Positions 28,346 through 37,920 of a DNA stretch of 64,000 nucleotides are shown here, piece by piece. Position 1 is the stretch's first letter; each line of letters begins with the position of its first letter. The DNA comes from Accumulibacter sp. (GTDB lineage: Bacteria > Pseudomonadota > Gammaproteobacteria > Burkholderiales > Rhodocyclaceae), in contig NZ_JAMTDQ010000089.1 in the NCBI RefSeq assembly GCF_023806635.1, positions 395 through 64,394 of the forward strand, written 5' to 3'. The translations under genes were made by a program, and so were the position numbers. A model generated the notes under the pieces. The model did no database searches. It worked only from the letters and a program-made list of their open reading frames with translations, and was not told the DNA's origin.

Positions 28346-30517
28346 TCAGGCGGGAGTCAGGCGGGCGAGGCTGAGGGCGAGCCACTTCATGCCGCCGCTG
28401 CCGAAGTTGATCTGCACCCGGGCCTGCTCGCCGGAGCCTTCGCTGGCGACGATCACACCGACACCGAAACGGGCGTGGCGCACACTCTGGCCGATGCGCA
28501 GGCCGCTGTCGCCCGCCGTCTGCTGCTTCCCGCCCGGCGTGCCGGTCGCGCGCGGGGTGCCGCTGCCCCGGCTGCTGCGGTGCAGGAGTTCGGCCGGGAG
28601 TTCGTCGAGGAACACCGACGGCAGGCAGTAGCGCGTCTGGCCGTGCAGCAGGCGGGTCTCGGCGTGCGTCAGGTAGAGCCGGCGGCGCGCACGCGTGATG
28701 GCGACGTACATCAGACGGCGCTCCTCCTCGATGCCGTCGCGTTCCTGCGCGGCGCTCTCATGCGGAAACAGCCCCTGCTCGAGGCCGGTGATGAAAACGA
28801 CGTCGAACTCGAGCCCCTTCGCCGAATGCACGGTCATCAGCTGCACGGCTTCCTGCTCGTCGCCGGCCTGGTGTTCGCCGGCTTCGAGCGACGCGTGGGC
28901 GAGAAAGGACGGGAGCCGGGCGTCATCGCCGCGGTCGTTCTCGTCGCTCGCCGTCGTGGCATCGCTGGCGAAGACGGTCGCCGCGTTGACCAGTTCGTCG
29001 AGGTTTTCCAGCCGATCCTGGCCATCCCGCTCGCCCAGATAATGCTGCCTCAGGCCGCTGCGATCGATGACGTGTTCGATCACCTCGGGCAGCGGCAGCG
29101 TGGCGGTTTCGCCGCGCAGTTCGTCGATCAGCCTGACGAAGCGGGCGATCGTGCTGCCGCTCTTGCCGGAAAGACTCGCGGCAGCGTTGTACAGGCTGGA
29201 CTGGGCGGCGCGAGCCGCTTCCTGCAGCGCCTCGGTGCTGCGCGTGCCGATTCCCCGGGTCGGGAAATTGACGACGCGGGCGAAGGCGGTGTCGTCATCG
29301 GGGTTGACGATCAGGCGCAGGTAGGCGAGTGCATGCCGGATTTCCTGGCGGTCGAAGAAGCGCAGACCGCCGTGCACCCGATAGGCGACGCCGGCCGTGA
29401 ACAGCTGGTGCTCGAGGACCCGCGACTGCGCGTTCGCGCGGTAGAGGAGGGCAATTTGCTGCCGGGACACGCCATCGCGCACCAGTTCGGCGATCTCGTC
29501 GACGATCCGGCGCGCCTCGTCGGTGTCGGAAAAGGCTTCGTAGACCCGTATGGGTTCGCCGGCGCCGGCATCGGTCCACAGATTCTTGCCGAGGCGGTCG
29601 CGATTCCGCCTGATCAGCGCATTGGCGGCGTCGAGGATGTTGCCTTGCGAACGATAGTTCTGTTCGAGGCGAATGACGCTGGCCAGATCGAATTCGCGCT
29701 GCAGGTCTCGCATGTTGCCGATCTCGGCGCCGCGGAAGGCATAGATCGACTGGTCGTCATCGCCGACGGCGAAGAGGCAGGCCGCGGGCACCGCCGGATC
29801 GGTGCCGCCGTGTCCGGCGAGCAGTTTCAGCCAGGCGTACTGCAGGCGGTTGGTGTCCTGGAATTCGTCGACCAGGATGTGCCGGAAGCGTGCCTGGTAG
29901 TGCTGCCGCAGTGGTTCGTTGCGCTGCAGCAGTTCGTAGGAGCGCAGCAGGAGTTCGGCGAAGTCGACGACACCCTCCCGCTGGCACTGCCGCTCATACT
30001 CGACATACCATTCGATGCGGCGGCTGGTGTACCGGTCGTAGGCTTCCGCCTGTGCCGCGCGGACGCCCTGTTCCTTGTGCGCGTTGATGAAGTGCATCAG
30101 TTCGCGCGGCGGGTACTTTTGCTCATCGACGGCGAGCGCCTTGAGCAGGCGCCTGATCGCTGCCAGCTGGTCGGCGGCATCGAGAATCTGGAATTGCGCC
30201 GGCAGTCCGGCTTCGCGATGATGCGCCCGCAGCAGGCGGTTGCACAGCCCGTGGAAGGTGCCGATCCACATGCCGCGGGTGTTGATCGGCAACATCGCCG
30301 CGAGGCGGGTCAGCATTTCCTTCGCCGCCTTGTTGGTGAAGGTGACGGCGAGGATTCCCGCCGCACCGACCTGGCCGGTCGAGATCAGCCAGGCGATGCG
30401 CGTCGTCAGCACGCGCGTCTTGCCGCTGCCGGCACCGGCAAGGATCAGCGCATGCTGCGGCGGCAGGGTGACGGCGGCCAGTTGGGGCGCGTTGAGATGG
30501 GCAAGCAGGTCGGACAT
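28346..30517 (-). CDS. uvrD: DNA helicase II (UvrD/Rep family)
   Basis: ATG at 30517 (MSDLLAHLNAPQLAAV). Motifs AGAGSGKT, VDEFQDTN, TVHSAKGLEF, YVAITRAR. About 723 aa. The ORF-track start at 31189 is an upstream artefact. Confidence 0.93.
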   Translation of the reverse strand: MSDLLAHLNAPQLAAVTLPPQHALILAGAGSGKTRVLTTRIAWLISTGQVGAAGILAVTFTNKAAKEMLTRLAAMLPINTRGMWIGTFHGLCNRLLRAHHREAGLPAQFQILDAADQLAAIRRLLKALAVDEQKYPPRELMHFINAHKEQGVRAAQAEAYDRYTSRRIEWYVEYERQCQREGVVDFAELLLRSYELLQRNEPLRQHYQARFRHILVDEFQDTNRLQYAWLKLLAGHGGTDPAVPAACLFAVGDDDQSIYAFRGAEIGNMRDLQREFDLASVIRLEQNYRSQGNILDAANALIRRNRDRLGKNLWTDAGAGEPIRVYEAFSDTDEARRIVDEIAELVRDGVSRQQIALLYRANAQSRVLEHQLFTAGVAYRVHGGLRFFDRQEIRHALAYLRLIVNPDDDTAFARVVNFPTRGIGTRSTEALQEAARAAQSSLYNAAASLSGKSGSTIARFVRLIDELRGETATLPLPEVIEHVIDRSGLRQHYLGERDGQDRLENLDELVNAATVFASDATTASDENDRGDDARLPSFLAHASLEAGEHQAGDEQEAVQLMTVHSAKGLEFDVVFITGLEQGLFPHESAAQERDGIEEERRLMYVAITRARRRLYLTHAETRLLHGQTRYCLPSVFLDELPAELLHRSSRGSGTPRATGTPGGKQQTAGDSGLRIGQSVRHARFGVGVIVASEGSGEQARVQINFGSGGMKWLALSLARLTPA

Positions 30518-30690
30518 CGATCGTTCCGGACGCGATGGGTGGGCCTGATTATAGCGGTCGCACCCTGGTCCGCGTGGCTTTGCACGCGCGCGCCGCCGGT
30601 CGTGGCTGGCCCGCGGACAGTGCATCCCGTCTGCTTTCGCCAACCATTCTCGCGAGCGGGCCGCGATGACCATTACAATGACGACACTGC

Positions 30691-30746
30691 AACAGGGCAA
30701 CAGGGCAACAGGGCAACAGGGCAACAGGGCAACAGGGCAACAGGGC
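30691..30746. repeat. Perfect tandem octanucleotide repeat (AACAGGGC) x7
   Basis: Seven uninterrupted 8-nt units in the uvrD/HDOD divergent intergenic region. They lie 173 nt from the uvrD ATG and 84 nt from the HDOD ATG. A 7-nt complement (TGCCCTG) lies at 30775-30781. Confidence 0.95.
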
Positions 30747-30830
30747 AGATGCGGCAATCTGCAGGGAGCGAGCCTGCCCTGCCGCAGGACTGCAGCTGTC
30801 GGCGGCGTCCGCCGGAGACGGGAGGGAGTG

Positions 30831-31673
30831 ATGGCAAAGGAGTTGGCACCGGAACTGATCCAGAAGACGCTGCAGGGGATCACCATCCCCGCGCGACCAC
30901 AGATACTGGTGCGGCTCGACAGCGAACTGGCCAAGGATGATCCGGACCCCGGCGTGGTCGTTCGCCTGGTCAGCAGCGACGTGGTTCTGTCTGCGGCCAT
31001 GCTGAAGACGGTGAATTCCCCGTTCTTTGGTCTGCCGCGCAGGATCAGCTCGGTGGCGCAGGCGGTCAGCATGCTCGGCCTGAAAATGACCGCGCGCATC
31101 GTCACTGGACTGGTGCTGCGCATGATCATGGGTGGCAGGCAGTCGTCGCTCGAGCGCTTCTGGGACAGCGCTGAAAAGGTGGCCTGCATCTCCGGTCGCG
31201 TCGCGTCAACCCTGCCGCGGGGACCGCGCGATGAAGCCTACTGCTTCGGCCTGTTCCGCGATATCGGCATTCCGATGCTGCTGCAGAAGTTCCCCGACTA
31301 TCGGCAGACCCTCGCCCTGGCCGACAACACGGTCGATCGTCCGATGACGTTGGTCGAGGAGGAACGGCATGCCACCGACCATGCGACGCTTGGCTACCTG
31401 GTTGCACGCAGCTGGCTTCTCCCGGAGGCGATCTGCGAGGGAATCCGCCATCACCATGACCCGTCCGTCTTCGACAGCAGGGATCTCGCCAACCCCGTGG
31501 CCCTGACGCTGATCGCGATCAACGCGCTCGCCGAGCACCTGCACGACGAGTATGTCCGCATGCGCGCCAATGCCGGCTGGCAGCAGATGGCGGATCATGT
31601 GCTCGCCCATCTCGGCATGTCCGAGGACGACTACTGCGACCTGCGAGAGGAGGTGACGACGCTGGTGCCCTGA
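30831..31673 (+). CDS. HDOD domain-containing signalling protein
   Basis: ATG at 30831 after GGAGGGAG. HDOD signature (IPARPQILVRLDSEL...LVSSDVVLSAAMLKTVNSPFFGLPRRISSVAQAVSMLG, HDIG-like FRDIGIPML). Confidence 0.8.
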   Translation: MAKELAPELIQKTLQGITIPARPQILVRLDSELAKDDPDPGVVVRLVSSDVVLSAAMLKTVNSPFFGLPRRISSVAQAVSMLGLKMTARIVTGLVLRMIMGGRQSSLERFWDSAEKVACISGRVASTLPRGPRDEAYCFGLFRDIGIPMLLQKFPDYRQTLALADNTVDRPMTLVEEERHATDHATLGYLVARSWLLPEAICEGIRHHHDPSVFDSRDLANPVALTLIAINALAEHLHDEYVRMRANAGWQQMADHVLAHLGMSEDDYCDLREEVTTLVP

Positions 31674-31702
31674 GGCTGAGCCGCGCGCCAGCGAACTCCG
31701 CG

Positions 31703-32356
31703 TCACGCCTTCGTCGCGCCCCGCTCGCCGGCTGGCGTGGCCGTGCACCGATGGATGCCGCGCTCGGTGACGATCAGGTCCAGTGGCTGGTCGTGCGGCT
31801 CGCGATGCAGCGAGTCGAGTCGCGACAGCTCGAAGCCGACACCGATCGCCAGTGGCCGCGGGCGCAGGCTGGCCAGCGTGCGATCGAAGTAGCCGCCGCC
31901 GTAGCCGAGGCGGAAACCGGTGGCATCGAAGCCGACGAACGGGATCAGCAGCGCTTCCGGCAGCACTGGCTCGCCGCTCGCCGGCACCGGGATACCGTAG
32001 CGGTCGGTGGTCATCGCCACTGCCGGCGACCAGGCGCGAAAGGCGAGGCTGCTGTCGGCGGCGACGACGACCGGCAGCAGTGCCATGAAGCCGGGTTCGC
32101 CCTGGCGATGCCAGTGCGCGATCAGCGGACGCAGATCCGCTTCATTGTCGCGCGGCCAGCAGAAGCCGACGCGCATGGTGGCGAGTCGGGGCAGCGATTC
32201 CCGCAGCAGGGCGCGGATCCGCTGCGAGTGTCGCGCCCACTGGTCTGCCGGCAGCGCGCGGCGGCGCGCCAGCAGGGTGCGGCGCAGGGCGCGCCGGTCG
32301 TCGGCGGTCGCCGCCGCTGCGTCGGCAGCGCTGTCGGGCATGAAGCCGCTGGGCAT
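31703..32356 (-). CDS. 5-formyltetrahydrofolate cyclo-ligase
   Basis: LRRTLLARRRALPADQW...IPFVGFDATGFRLGYGGGYFDRTLA; family signature GYGGGYYDR-like. Confidence 0.8.
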   Translation of the reverse strand: MPSGFMPDSAADAAAATADDRRALRRTLLARRRALPADQWARHSQRIRALLRESLPRLATMRVGFCWPRDNEADLRPLIAHWHRQGEPGFMALLPVVVAADSSLAFRAWSPAVAMTTDRYGIPVPASGEPVLPEALLIPFVGFDATGFRLGYGGGYFDRTLASLRPRPLAIGVGFELSRLDSLHREPHDQPLDLIVTERGIHRCTATPAGERGATKA

Positions 32357-32400
32357 GTGTTATCCTCGCCGGCGCCATCATTCGAAAGTACCAGCTTAGC

Positions 32401-34356
32401 ATGAACCTCCTGTCGACGACCCTCCTGCTGCTGCTCCTGCTGTTCTCGCCGACTGCCGTCGTGGTCAAGCATGCCGCGGCACAGTCGGCCGACGACCAGT
32501 TCCTGGCCGCCCGGGAAGCGGCGCGGGCTGGCGACCGTAGCCGTCTCGAGCGGCTGGCGCCGGCGCTGCACGGCTACGAACTCGAGCCCTACGTCGACTA
32601 CTGGCTGCTGGTACCCGACCTCAAGGACGCCGACCCGGCGCTGGTCAGGGCTTTCCTGGGCCGCCACGAGAACACCTACGTCGCCGAGAAACTGCGGGCC
32701 GACTGGTTGCGGCAGCTCGCCCGCAAGCAGCAGTGGGATCTGTTTGATGGCGAGTATGCGCGCCTGCTGCAGCCCGACCAGGAGATGGCCTGCTATGCGC
32801 TGCAGGCCCGCCTGGCACGCGGCGACGCGAAAGCGCTCGATGACGCCCTGCCGCTCTGGCTGAGCGCGCTCGAGCCGCCCGACTCTTGTTACCCCGTGTT
32901 CGAGGCATTGATCGTCGGCAAGCGCGTCCTCGCCGATGCGGTCTGGGCGCGCATTCGCCGCCAGTTCGAGGCGAACAAGATCCCTGCCGCGTTCTACACC
33001 ATGAACTATCTGCCACCCAGCCAGACACCGGAGAGGAAGCTGGCGCAGACGGTCGCCGATTCGCCGTTACCCTGGCTGATCAAACTGCCGGCTGATTTCT
33101 CCGGCAACCGCATGCAGCGCGAGCTGGCCGCACTGGCCATCCAGCGTGTCGCGCGCAACGAGCCACAGGTGGCCGCCGATCAGCTGGAGCGGATCGGTTC
33201 GTCGCTGCAAAGTGGCGAGAAATCCTGGGCGTGGAGCCAGATCGCGCGGCAGGCGGCGCAGCGGCACATGCCGGAGGCGTTGCCGTGGTATCGCCAGGCG
33301 GGCGCTGTGCCGCTGTCGGATGAGGTTGCCGAATGGAAGGTGCGCGCAGCATTGCGCGTGCAGGACTGGGGCGGCGTGCGCTCGACGATCGAGAGCATGC
33401 CGCCGGCGCTGGCTGCCCAGCCGGCGTGGGTCTACTGGCTGGGTCGCGCCTACCGCGCCGGTGGCCGGATCGACGAGGCGAATGCCCTGTTCGGCCGGAT
33501 CGCTGGCCAGCCGGACTTCTACGGCAGCCTCGCCAGCGACGAACTCGGCCGGCCGACGACGCCACCGCCGAAGGCGCCGCCAGCCAGTCGTGAGGAACTG
33601 GCGCAGGTGGCTGCGCTGCCTGGCGTGCAGCGGGCGCAGGCCTTCTTCCGCCTGAATCTGCGCAGCGAGGGGGTGCGCGAATGGAACTGGGCGTTGCGCG
33701 GCATGAGCGACCGCGAACTCCTGGCGGCGTCCGAGATCGCCCTGCGCTCGGGCAACTACGACCGGGCCATCGCGGCAGCCGATCGGACGCGCAACGAGCA
33801 CGACTATTCGCTGCGCTATCTGGCGCCCTATGGCGACCAGGTGCGGCCGGCGGCACGCAATCAGGCTCTCGACGACGCCTGGGTGTACGGCCTCATGCGT
33901 CAGGAGAGCCGCTTCATCAGCAGTGCGCGTTCGCCCGTCGGGGCTTCCGGGCTGATGCAGCTGATGCCGGCCACCGCCAAGTGGGTGGCGAACAAGATCG
34001 GTCTGAAGGATTTCCATCAGGGGCGGGTCAACGATCCGGAAACCAACCTGCTGCTCGGCACCACCTACATGCGGCTGGTGCTCGAGAGTCTCGACAATCA
34101 CCCGGTGCTCGCCTCGGCCGCGTACAACGCCGGGCCGGGCCGGGCGCGGCGCTGGCGGGCCGACCGCCCGCTCGAGGGAGCGATCTACGCCGAGACCATC
34201 CCCTTCAGCGAAACCAGGGATTACGTGAAGAAGGTGATGAACAACTCGATCTACTATGCGGCACTGTTCGACGGCAAGCCGCAGACGCTGAAGAACCGGC
34301 TTGGCGTCATCGCTGCGCGCACGGGGGGCGAGGTCAGGGGCGAAGATTTGCCTTAG
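32401..34356 (+). CDS. slt: Soluble lytic murein transglycosylase (Slt70-like)
   Basis: 651 aa. Signal peptide, superhelical U-domain, and catalytic motif LMRQESRFISSARSPVGASGLMQLMPATA...AAYNAGPGR. Confidence 0.88.
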   Translation: MNLLSTTLLLLLLLFSPTAVVVKHAAAQSADDQFLAAREAARAGDRSRLERLAPALHGYELEPYVDYWLLVPDLKDADPALVRAFLGRHENTYVAEKLRADWLRQLARKQQWDLFDGEYARLLQPDQEMACYALQARLARGDAKALDDALPLWLSALEPPDSCYPVFEALIVGKRVLADAVWARIRRQFEANKIPAAFYTMNYLPPSQTPERKLAQTVADSPLPWLIKLPADFSGNRMQRELAALAIQRVARNEPQVAADQLERIGSSLQSGEKSWAWSQIARQAAQRHMPEALPWYRQAGAVPLSDEVAEWKVRAALRVQDWGGVRSTIESMPPALAAQPAWVYWLGRAYRAGGRIDEANALFGRIAGQPDFYGSLASDELGRPTTPPPKAPPASREELAQVAALPGVQRAQAFFRLNLRSEGVREWNWALRGMSDRELLAASEIALRSGNYDRAIAAADRTRNEHDYSLRYLAPYGDQVRPAARNQALDDAWVYGLMRQESRFISSARSPVGASGLMQLMPATAKWVANKIGLKDFHQGRVNDPETNLLLGTTYMRLVLESLDNHPVLASAAYNAGPGRARRWRADRPLEGAIYAETIPFSETRDYVKKVMNNSIYYAALFDGKPQTLKNRLGVIAARTGGEVRGEDLP

Positions 34357-34396
34357 AATGTCGCCTTCCCGACTTCTCTTCCCTCGGCAGGATGCT

Positions 34397-35362
34397 ATGG
34401 ACCTCGCGAACGTGTTGTTGATCGGTGGCAGTGGTTTCGTCGGTGGCTGGATCGCCAGTCGCCTGTCGGAAAGCGGTGTGCGGGTGACGATCCCGACCCG
34501 CCATCGCGAGAACACCAAGAAGCTGATCACGTTGCCGACGGTCGAGATGGTCGAGGCCGACGTGCATGATCCGGCGACGCTCGTGCAGCTGATGCGCGGC
34601 CAGGATGCGGTCATCAACCTGGTCGGCATCCTGCACGACGGCGATTCGCGTCTGCCGTACGGCAAGGGTTTTGCCGCCGCGCATGTCGAGCTGCCGCGCA
34701 AGATCGTCGCCGCCATGCCGCAGGCGGGTGTGCGCCGGTTGCTGCACATGAGCGCCCTGCAGGCGGCGCTGCGCGCACCGTCGGAATACCTGCGCTCGAA
34801 GGGTGACGGCGAGATGCTGGTGCGTGCGGCGATGGACCAGCTCGATGTCACGATCTTTCGTCCGTCGGTGATTTTCGGTCCCGGAGACGCCTTCCTCAAC
34901 ATGTTCGCCAGCCTCGTCAGAGTGTTGCCCGTGCTGCCGCTCGGCGGCGGCAGCGCGCGCTTCCAGCCGGTCTATGTCGGCGATGTCGCAGCGGCCTTCG
35001 TCGACAGCCTGGGCGACCGGACGACGATCGGGCGGAGCTACGATCTCTGCGGACCGAAGGTCTACAGCCTGCGCGAACTGGTTGACTACACGGCCCATCT
35101 GGTCGGTAGGTCGCCCTGGATCATCGATCTCGGGACCGGTGGTTGGGCCTATCTGCAGGCTGGGGTGATGTGGCTGCTGCCGAAGCCGCCGCTGTCGCCG
35201 GACAACCTGCGGTCGATGGAAGTCGACAGCGTCACCGATGGCACGCATGACTACCCTGCCTGGCAGCCGAAGGCGCTGGAGGCGGTTGCTCCGGGCTATC
35301 TGTCGCCGGCGGAAATTCCGCAGCTTCGCCTCGATCGCTACCGTTTCCGTGCCGGCCGCTGA
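34397..35362 (+). CDS. NAD(P)H-binding SDR, complex I NDUFA9-like family
   Basis: ATG at 34397. MDLANVLLIGGSGFVGGWIASRL (GxxGxxG) and atypical-SDR layout. About 321 aa. Confidence 0.7.
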   Translation: MDLANVLLIGGSGFVGGWIASRLSESGVRVTIPTRHRENTKKLITLPTVEMVEADVHDPATLVQLMRGQDAVINLVGILHDGDSRLPYGKGFAAAHVELPRKIVAAMPQAGVRRLLHMSALQAALRAPSEYLRSKGDGEMLVRAAMDQLDVTIFRPSVIFGPGDAFLNMFASLVRVLPVLPLGGGSARFQPVYVGDVAAAFVDSLGDRTTIGRSYDLCGPKVYSLRELVDYTAHLVGRSPWIIDLGTGGWAYLQAGVMWLLPKPPLSPDNLRSMEVDSVTDGTHDYPAWQPKALEAVAPGYLSPAEIPQLRLDRYRFRAGR

Positions 35363-35471
35363 GCCTTCCGGCGGCTGAAGCCAGCAGCATGCTGCGCCGG
35401 CACGGCGACCGCACCCGTTCGCTGAGTCCTGTGCCCGTGGCTCTGCCGGCGCTGGCCTGATCCCGGTTCGC

Positions 35472-36701
35472 ATGCAGATCTTCACCGTCGGCGGCGCGGT
35501 TCGTGACGAACTCCTCGGTCTGCCGGTGCAGGACCGCGACTACGTCGTCGTCGGTGCGTCGCCGCGCGAGATGCTGGCGCGCGGTTTCCGCCAGGTCGGC
35601 AAGGACTTTCCGGTCTTCCTGCATCCGCAGTCGCAGGAGGAGTACGCGCTCGCGCGAACCGAGCGCAAGGCCGGTCACGGCTACCACGGGTTCGCCGTCG
35701 ATGCGGCGCCGACGGTGACGCTGGCCGAGGATCTCGCGCGTCGTGACCTGACGATCAACGCCATCGCCCGCGCCGCCGACGGCGAGCTGATCGACCCGCA
35801 CCATGGTATCGACGATCTGCAGGCGCGCGTGCTGCGCCATGTCGGCCCGGCTTTCAGCGAGGATCCGGTGCGCGTCCTGCGCGTGGCGCGTTTTGCCGCA
35901 CGCTTCGCCGACTTCAGCGTCGCTGCCGAGACCCTCGATCTGATGCAGGGGATGGTCGCTGCCGGTGAGGTCGATCACCTGGTGAGCGAGCGCGTCTGGC
36001 AGGAGCTGGCCAGGGGCTTGATGGAGGAGCGGCCGTCGCGGATGTTCGAAGTCCTGCGGCAATGTGGCGCGCTGGCCCGGCTGCTGCCCGAGCTCGATGC
36101 GTTGTTCGGCGTCCCGCAACGGGCGGCATGCCACCCGGAGGTGGACACCGGCGTCCATGTCATGCTGGTCGTCGACCTGGCGGCAGAGCGCCGCTGCGCA
36201 CTGCCCGTTCGCTGGGCGGTATTGCTGCACGACCTCGGCAAGGGCCTGACGCCCGCCGCCGACCTGCCGCGCCATCCGGGCCACGAGGCGCGCAGCGTCG
36301 GCCTGGCTGGCGAGGTCTGCGCGCGACTGCGCGTACCTGTCGCCTGCCGTGACCTGGCACTGCTGGTTGCCCGCCACCACGGCGAGGTTCACCGGGCACT
36401 GGAACTGGCGCCGGCAGCCATCGTCCGCCTCCTCGAAGGGTGCGACGCGCTGCGCCGCCGCGAGCGCTTCGAGCAGTTGCTCGAGGCCTGCAGCTGCGAC
36501 TTCCACGGGCGTCTTGGCTGGCTCGAAGTGCCCTATCCGGCGCCGGCGCTCTTGCGCCGCGCGCTGGACGCCGTGCGCGGCGTCGATGCCGCGGCACTCG
36601 CCGCCGGCTGCAGCGAAGCGGCCCTGATCGCCGCGCGCATCTCCGCCGCGCGCGGCGCAGCGGTCGAGGAGATCCTGTCGGGCTGGCCGGGAGCGACCTA
36701 G
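35472..36701 (+). CDS. cca: Multifunctional CCA-adding tRNA nucleotidyltransferase / phosphohydrolase
   Basis: MQIFTVGGAVRDELLGLPVQDRDYVVVG...ERKAGHGYHGF; HD domain HPEVDTGVH...LLHDLGK. Confidence 0.93.
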   Translation: MQIFTVGGAVRDELLGLPVQDRDYVVVGASPREMLARGFRQVGKDFPVFLHPQSQEEYALARTERKAGHGYHGFAVDAAPTVTLAEDLARRDLTINAIARAADGELIDPHHGIDDLQARVLRHVGPAFSEDPVRVLRVARFAARFADFSVAAETLDLMQGMVAAGEVDHLVSERVWQELARGLMEERPSRMFEVLRQCGALARLLPELDALFGVPQRAACHPEVDTGVHVMLVVDLAAERRCALPVRWAVLLHDLGKGLTPAADLPRHPGHEARSVGLAGEVCARLRVPVACRDLALLVARHHGEVHRALELAPAAIVRLLEGCDALRRRERFEQLLEACSCDFHGRLGWLEVPYPAPALLRRALDAVRGVDAAALAAGCSEAALIAARISAARGAAVEEILSGWPGAT

Positions 36702-36706
36702 CGCCT

Positions 36707-36727
36707 GCGGCCGGGCAGGCCGGCCGC
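36707..36727. terminator. GC-rich hairpin between convergent cca and midA-like genes (possible bidirectional terminator)
   Basis: GCGGCCGG-gcagg-CCGGCCGC, 8-bp stem. No U-run on either side. Confidence 0.3.
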
Positions 36728-36735
36728 CGCTCCTC

Positions 36736-37920
36736 TCAAAGGCTGGCGCTGCGGTCGCCGCTGCGAAAACCGCAGAGGGGCTCGGAGATTCGCCGGCCAA
36801 GCGCCATGACCTTGAACAACTCGCCCATCTCGGCCGGCGAGACCAGCTTCTGCACTGCGTTGGCCAGCGGCAGATAGCGCAGCGAGTCTTCTGCGGGTGT
36901 CCTGGCGAGGATGTCGGTCAGACCACAGTTGAAGAGGAAGGTGGACTGGGCGGTGTAGCCGAGCAGGTCGAGTCCCTCGCTGCAGCCGCTGTCGACGATC
37001 GCCGTGAAGTCGACGTGCAGGGTGATGTCCTGCAGCCCGGGCAGGTAGAAGGGATCATCGTGGGCGTGGTGGCGATAGTGGCACATCAGCGTGCCGGCAG
37101 CGCGCTGGGGATGGTAATACTCATGGCGCGGAAAGCCGTAGTCGATCAGCAGCAGTACGCCGTGCTCGAGGATCCTCGCCCACTGCCGCACCCAGGCCGG
37201 GGCTGCGAGCGCGATCTCGCTCAGGTAGGGGGGGCGGATGCCGCACTCGCCGGCCAGAGCCAGGGCACGTTCGAGCAGGTGGCCGCTCGCCGGTCGCTCG
37301 GCCCATGCGAAGCGGCCGCCGGCGACGGTGACCCCGCGTTCGCCGATGCCACCTGCGTGCCAGTGCACGAGGTGTGCCGGCATCGCGTCGAGGACCTCGT
37401 TCGCCAGGACGATACCGCTGAAGCGCCCGGGCAACTCGTCCAGCCAGTGCACCCGTGGCAGCAGGTGTGGTGCCCTCTGGGCGATGGTGTCATGCTGTCG
37501 GCGACGCAATTCGCCCGACAGCTCGAGGATCGCGTAGCTCTCGGGCAGCTGTCGCTGGCGTTCCAGTTCGAGCAGGAGGTCGCTGGCCAGCTTGCCGCTG
37601 CCGCCACCGACCTCGATCAGCTGCGCCGTGCAGCAGGTCTGCAGTTGCTGCACCTGGACCGCCAGCGTCTGGGCGAACACCGGCGAGAGCTCGGGTGCGG
37701 TGACGAAATCGCCCGTAGCGCCGAACTTTCGGGCACCACCGGCGTAATAGCCCATAGCCGGCTCGTAGAGCGCGAGTTCCATGAAGCGGTCGAAGCCGAT
37801 CCAGCCGCCCGCGGTGGCGATTTGAGCGGCAATGGCGCTGGCGAGTGCTTCGCTGGCTGCCAGTGCGTCGGCTGAGGGCGGTGGCAGCGTCGCCGCCGTC
37901 GCCGGCGGACGCGTCAGCAC
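36736..37920 (-). CDS. Class I SAM-dependent methyltransferase, MidA/NDUFAF7 (DUF185) family
   Basis: GTG at 37920 overlaps the upstream stop (GTGCTGA). Contains FDRFMELALYEPAMGYYAGG...GDFVTAPELSPVFAQTLA...LIEVGGGSGKLASDLL. Confidence 0.75.
   Translation of the reverse strand: MLTRPPATAATLPPPSADALAASEALASAIAAQIATAGGWIGFDRFMELALYEPAMGYYAGGARKFGATGDFVTAPELSPVFAQTLAVQVQQLQTCCTAQLIEVGGGSGKLASDLLLELERQRQLPESYAILELSGELRRRQHDTIAQRAPHLLPRVHWLDELPGRFSGIVLANEVLDAMPAHLVHWHAGGIGERGVTVAGGRFAWAERPASGHLLERALALAGECGIRPPYLSEIALAAPAWVRQWARILEHGVLLLIDYGFPRHEYYHPQRAAGTLMCHYRHHAHDDPFYLPGLQDITLHVDFTAIVDSGCSEGLDLLGYTAQSTFLFNCGLTDILARTPAEDSLRYLPLANAVQKLVSPAEMGELFKVMALGRRISEPLCGFRSGDRSASL

Noticed and set aside
30518-30700. 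LexA (SOS) box upstream of uvrD.
   Set aside because: I looked for CTGT-N8-ACAG. The closest strings (CTGCAACAGGGCAACAG, ACAGTGCATCCCGTCTG) have the wrong spacing or orientation. Only a TATAAT (30553-30548, - strand) is evident.
30691-30746. Octamer repeat as a CRISPR array or as a coding repeat of an N-terminally extended HDOD protein or of uvrD.
   Set aside because: There are no spacers and the unit is only 8 nt, so it is not a CRISPR array. The HDOD ATG at 30831 has a far better SD than the in-frame ATG at 30666, and the UvrD family N-terminus begins at 30517. The repeat is therefore most likely non-coding; the in-frame coincidence is noted in the findings.
32357-32400. 6S RNA (ssrS), expected upstream of the 5-formyltetrahydrofolate cyclo-ligase gene by analogy with the E. 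coli ssrS-ygfA operon.
   Set aside because: Only 44 bp separate the cyclo-ligase start from the divergent slt start. That is no room for an RNA of about 180 nt, and no 6S-like structure was seen nearby.
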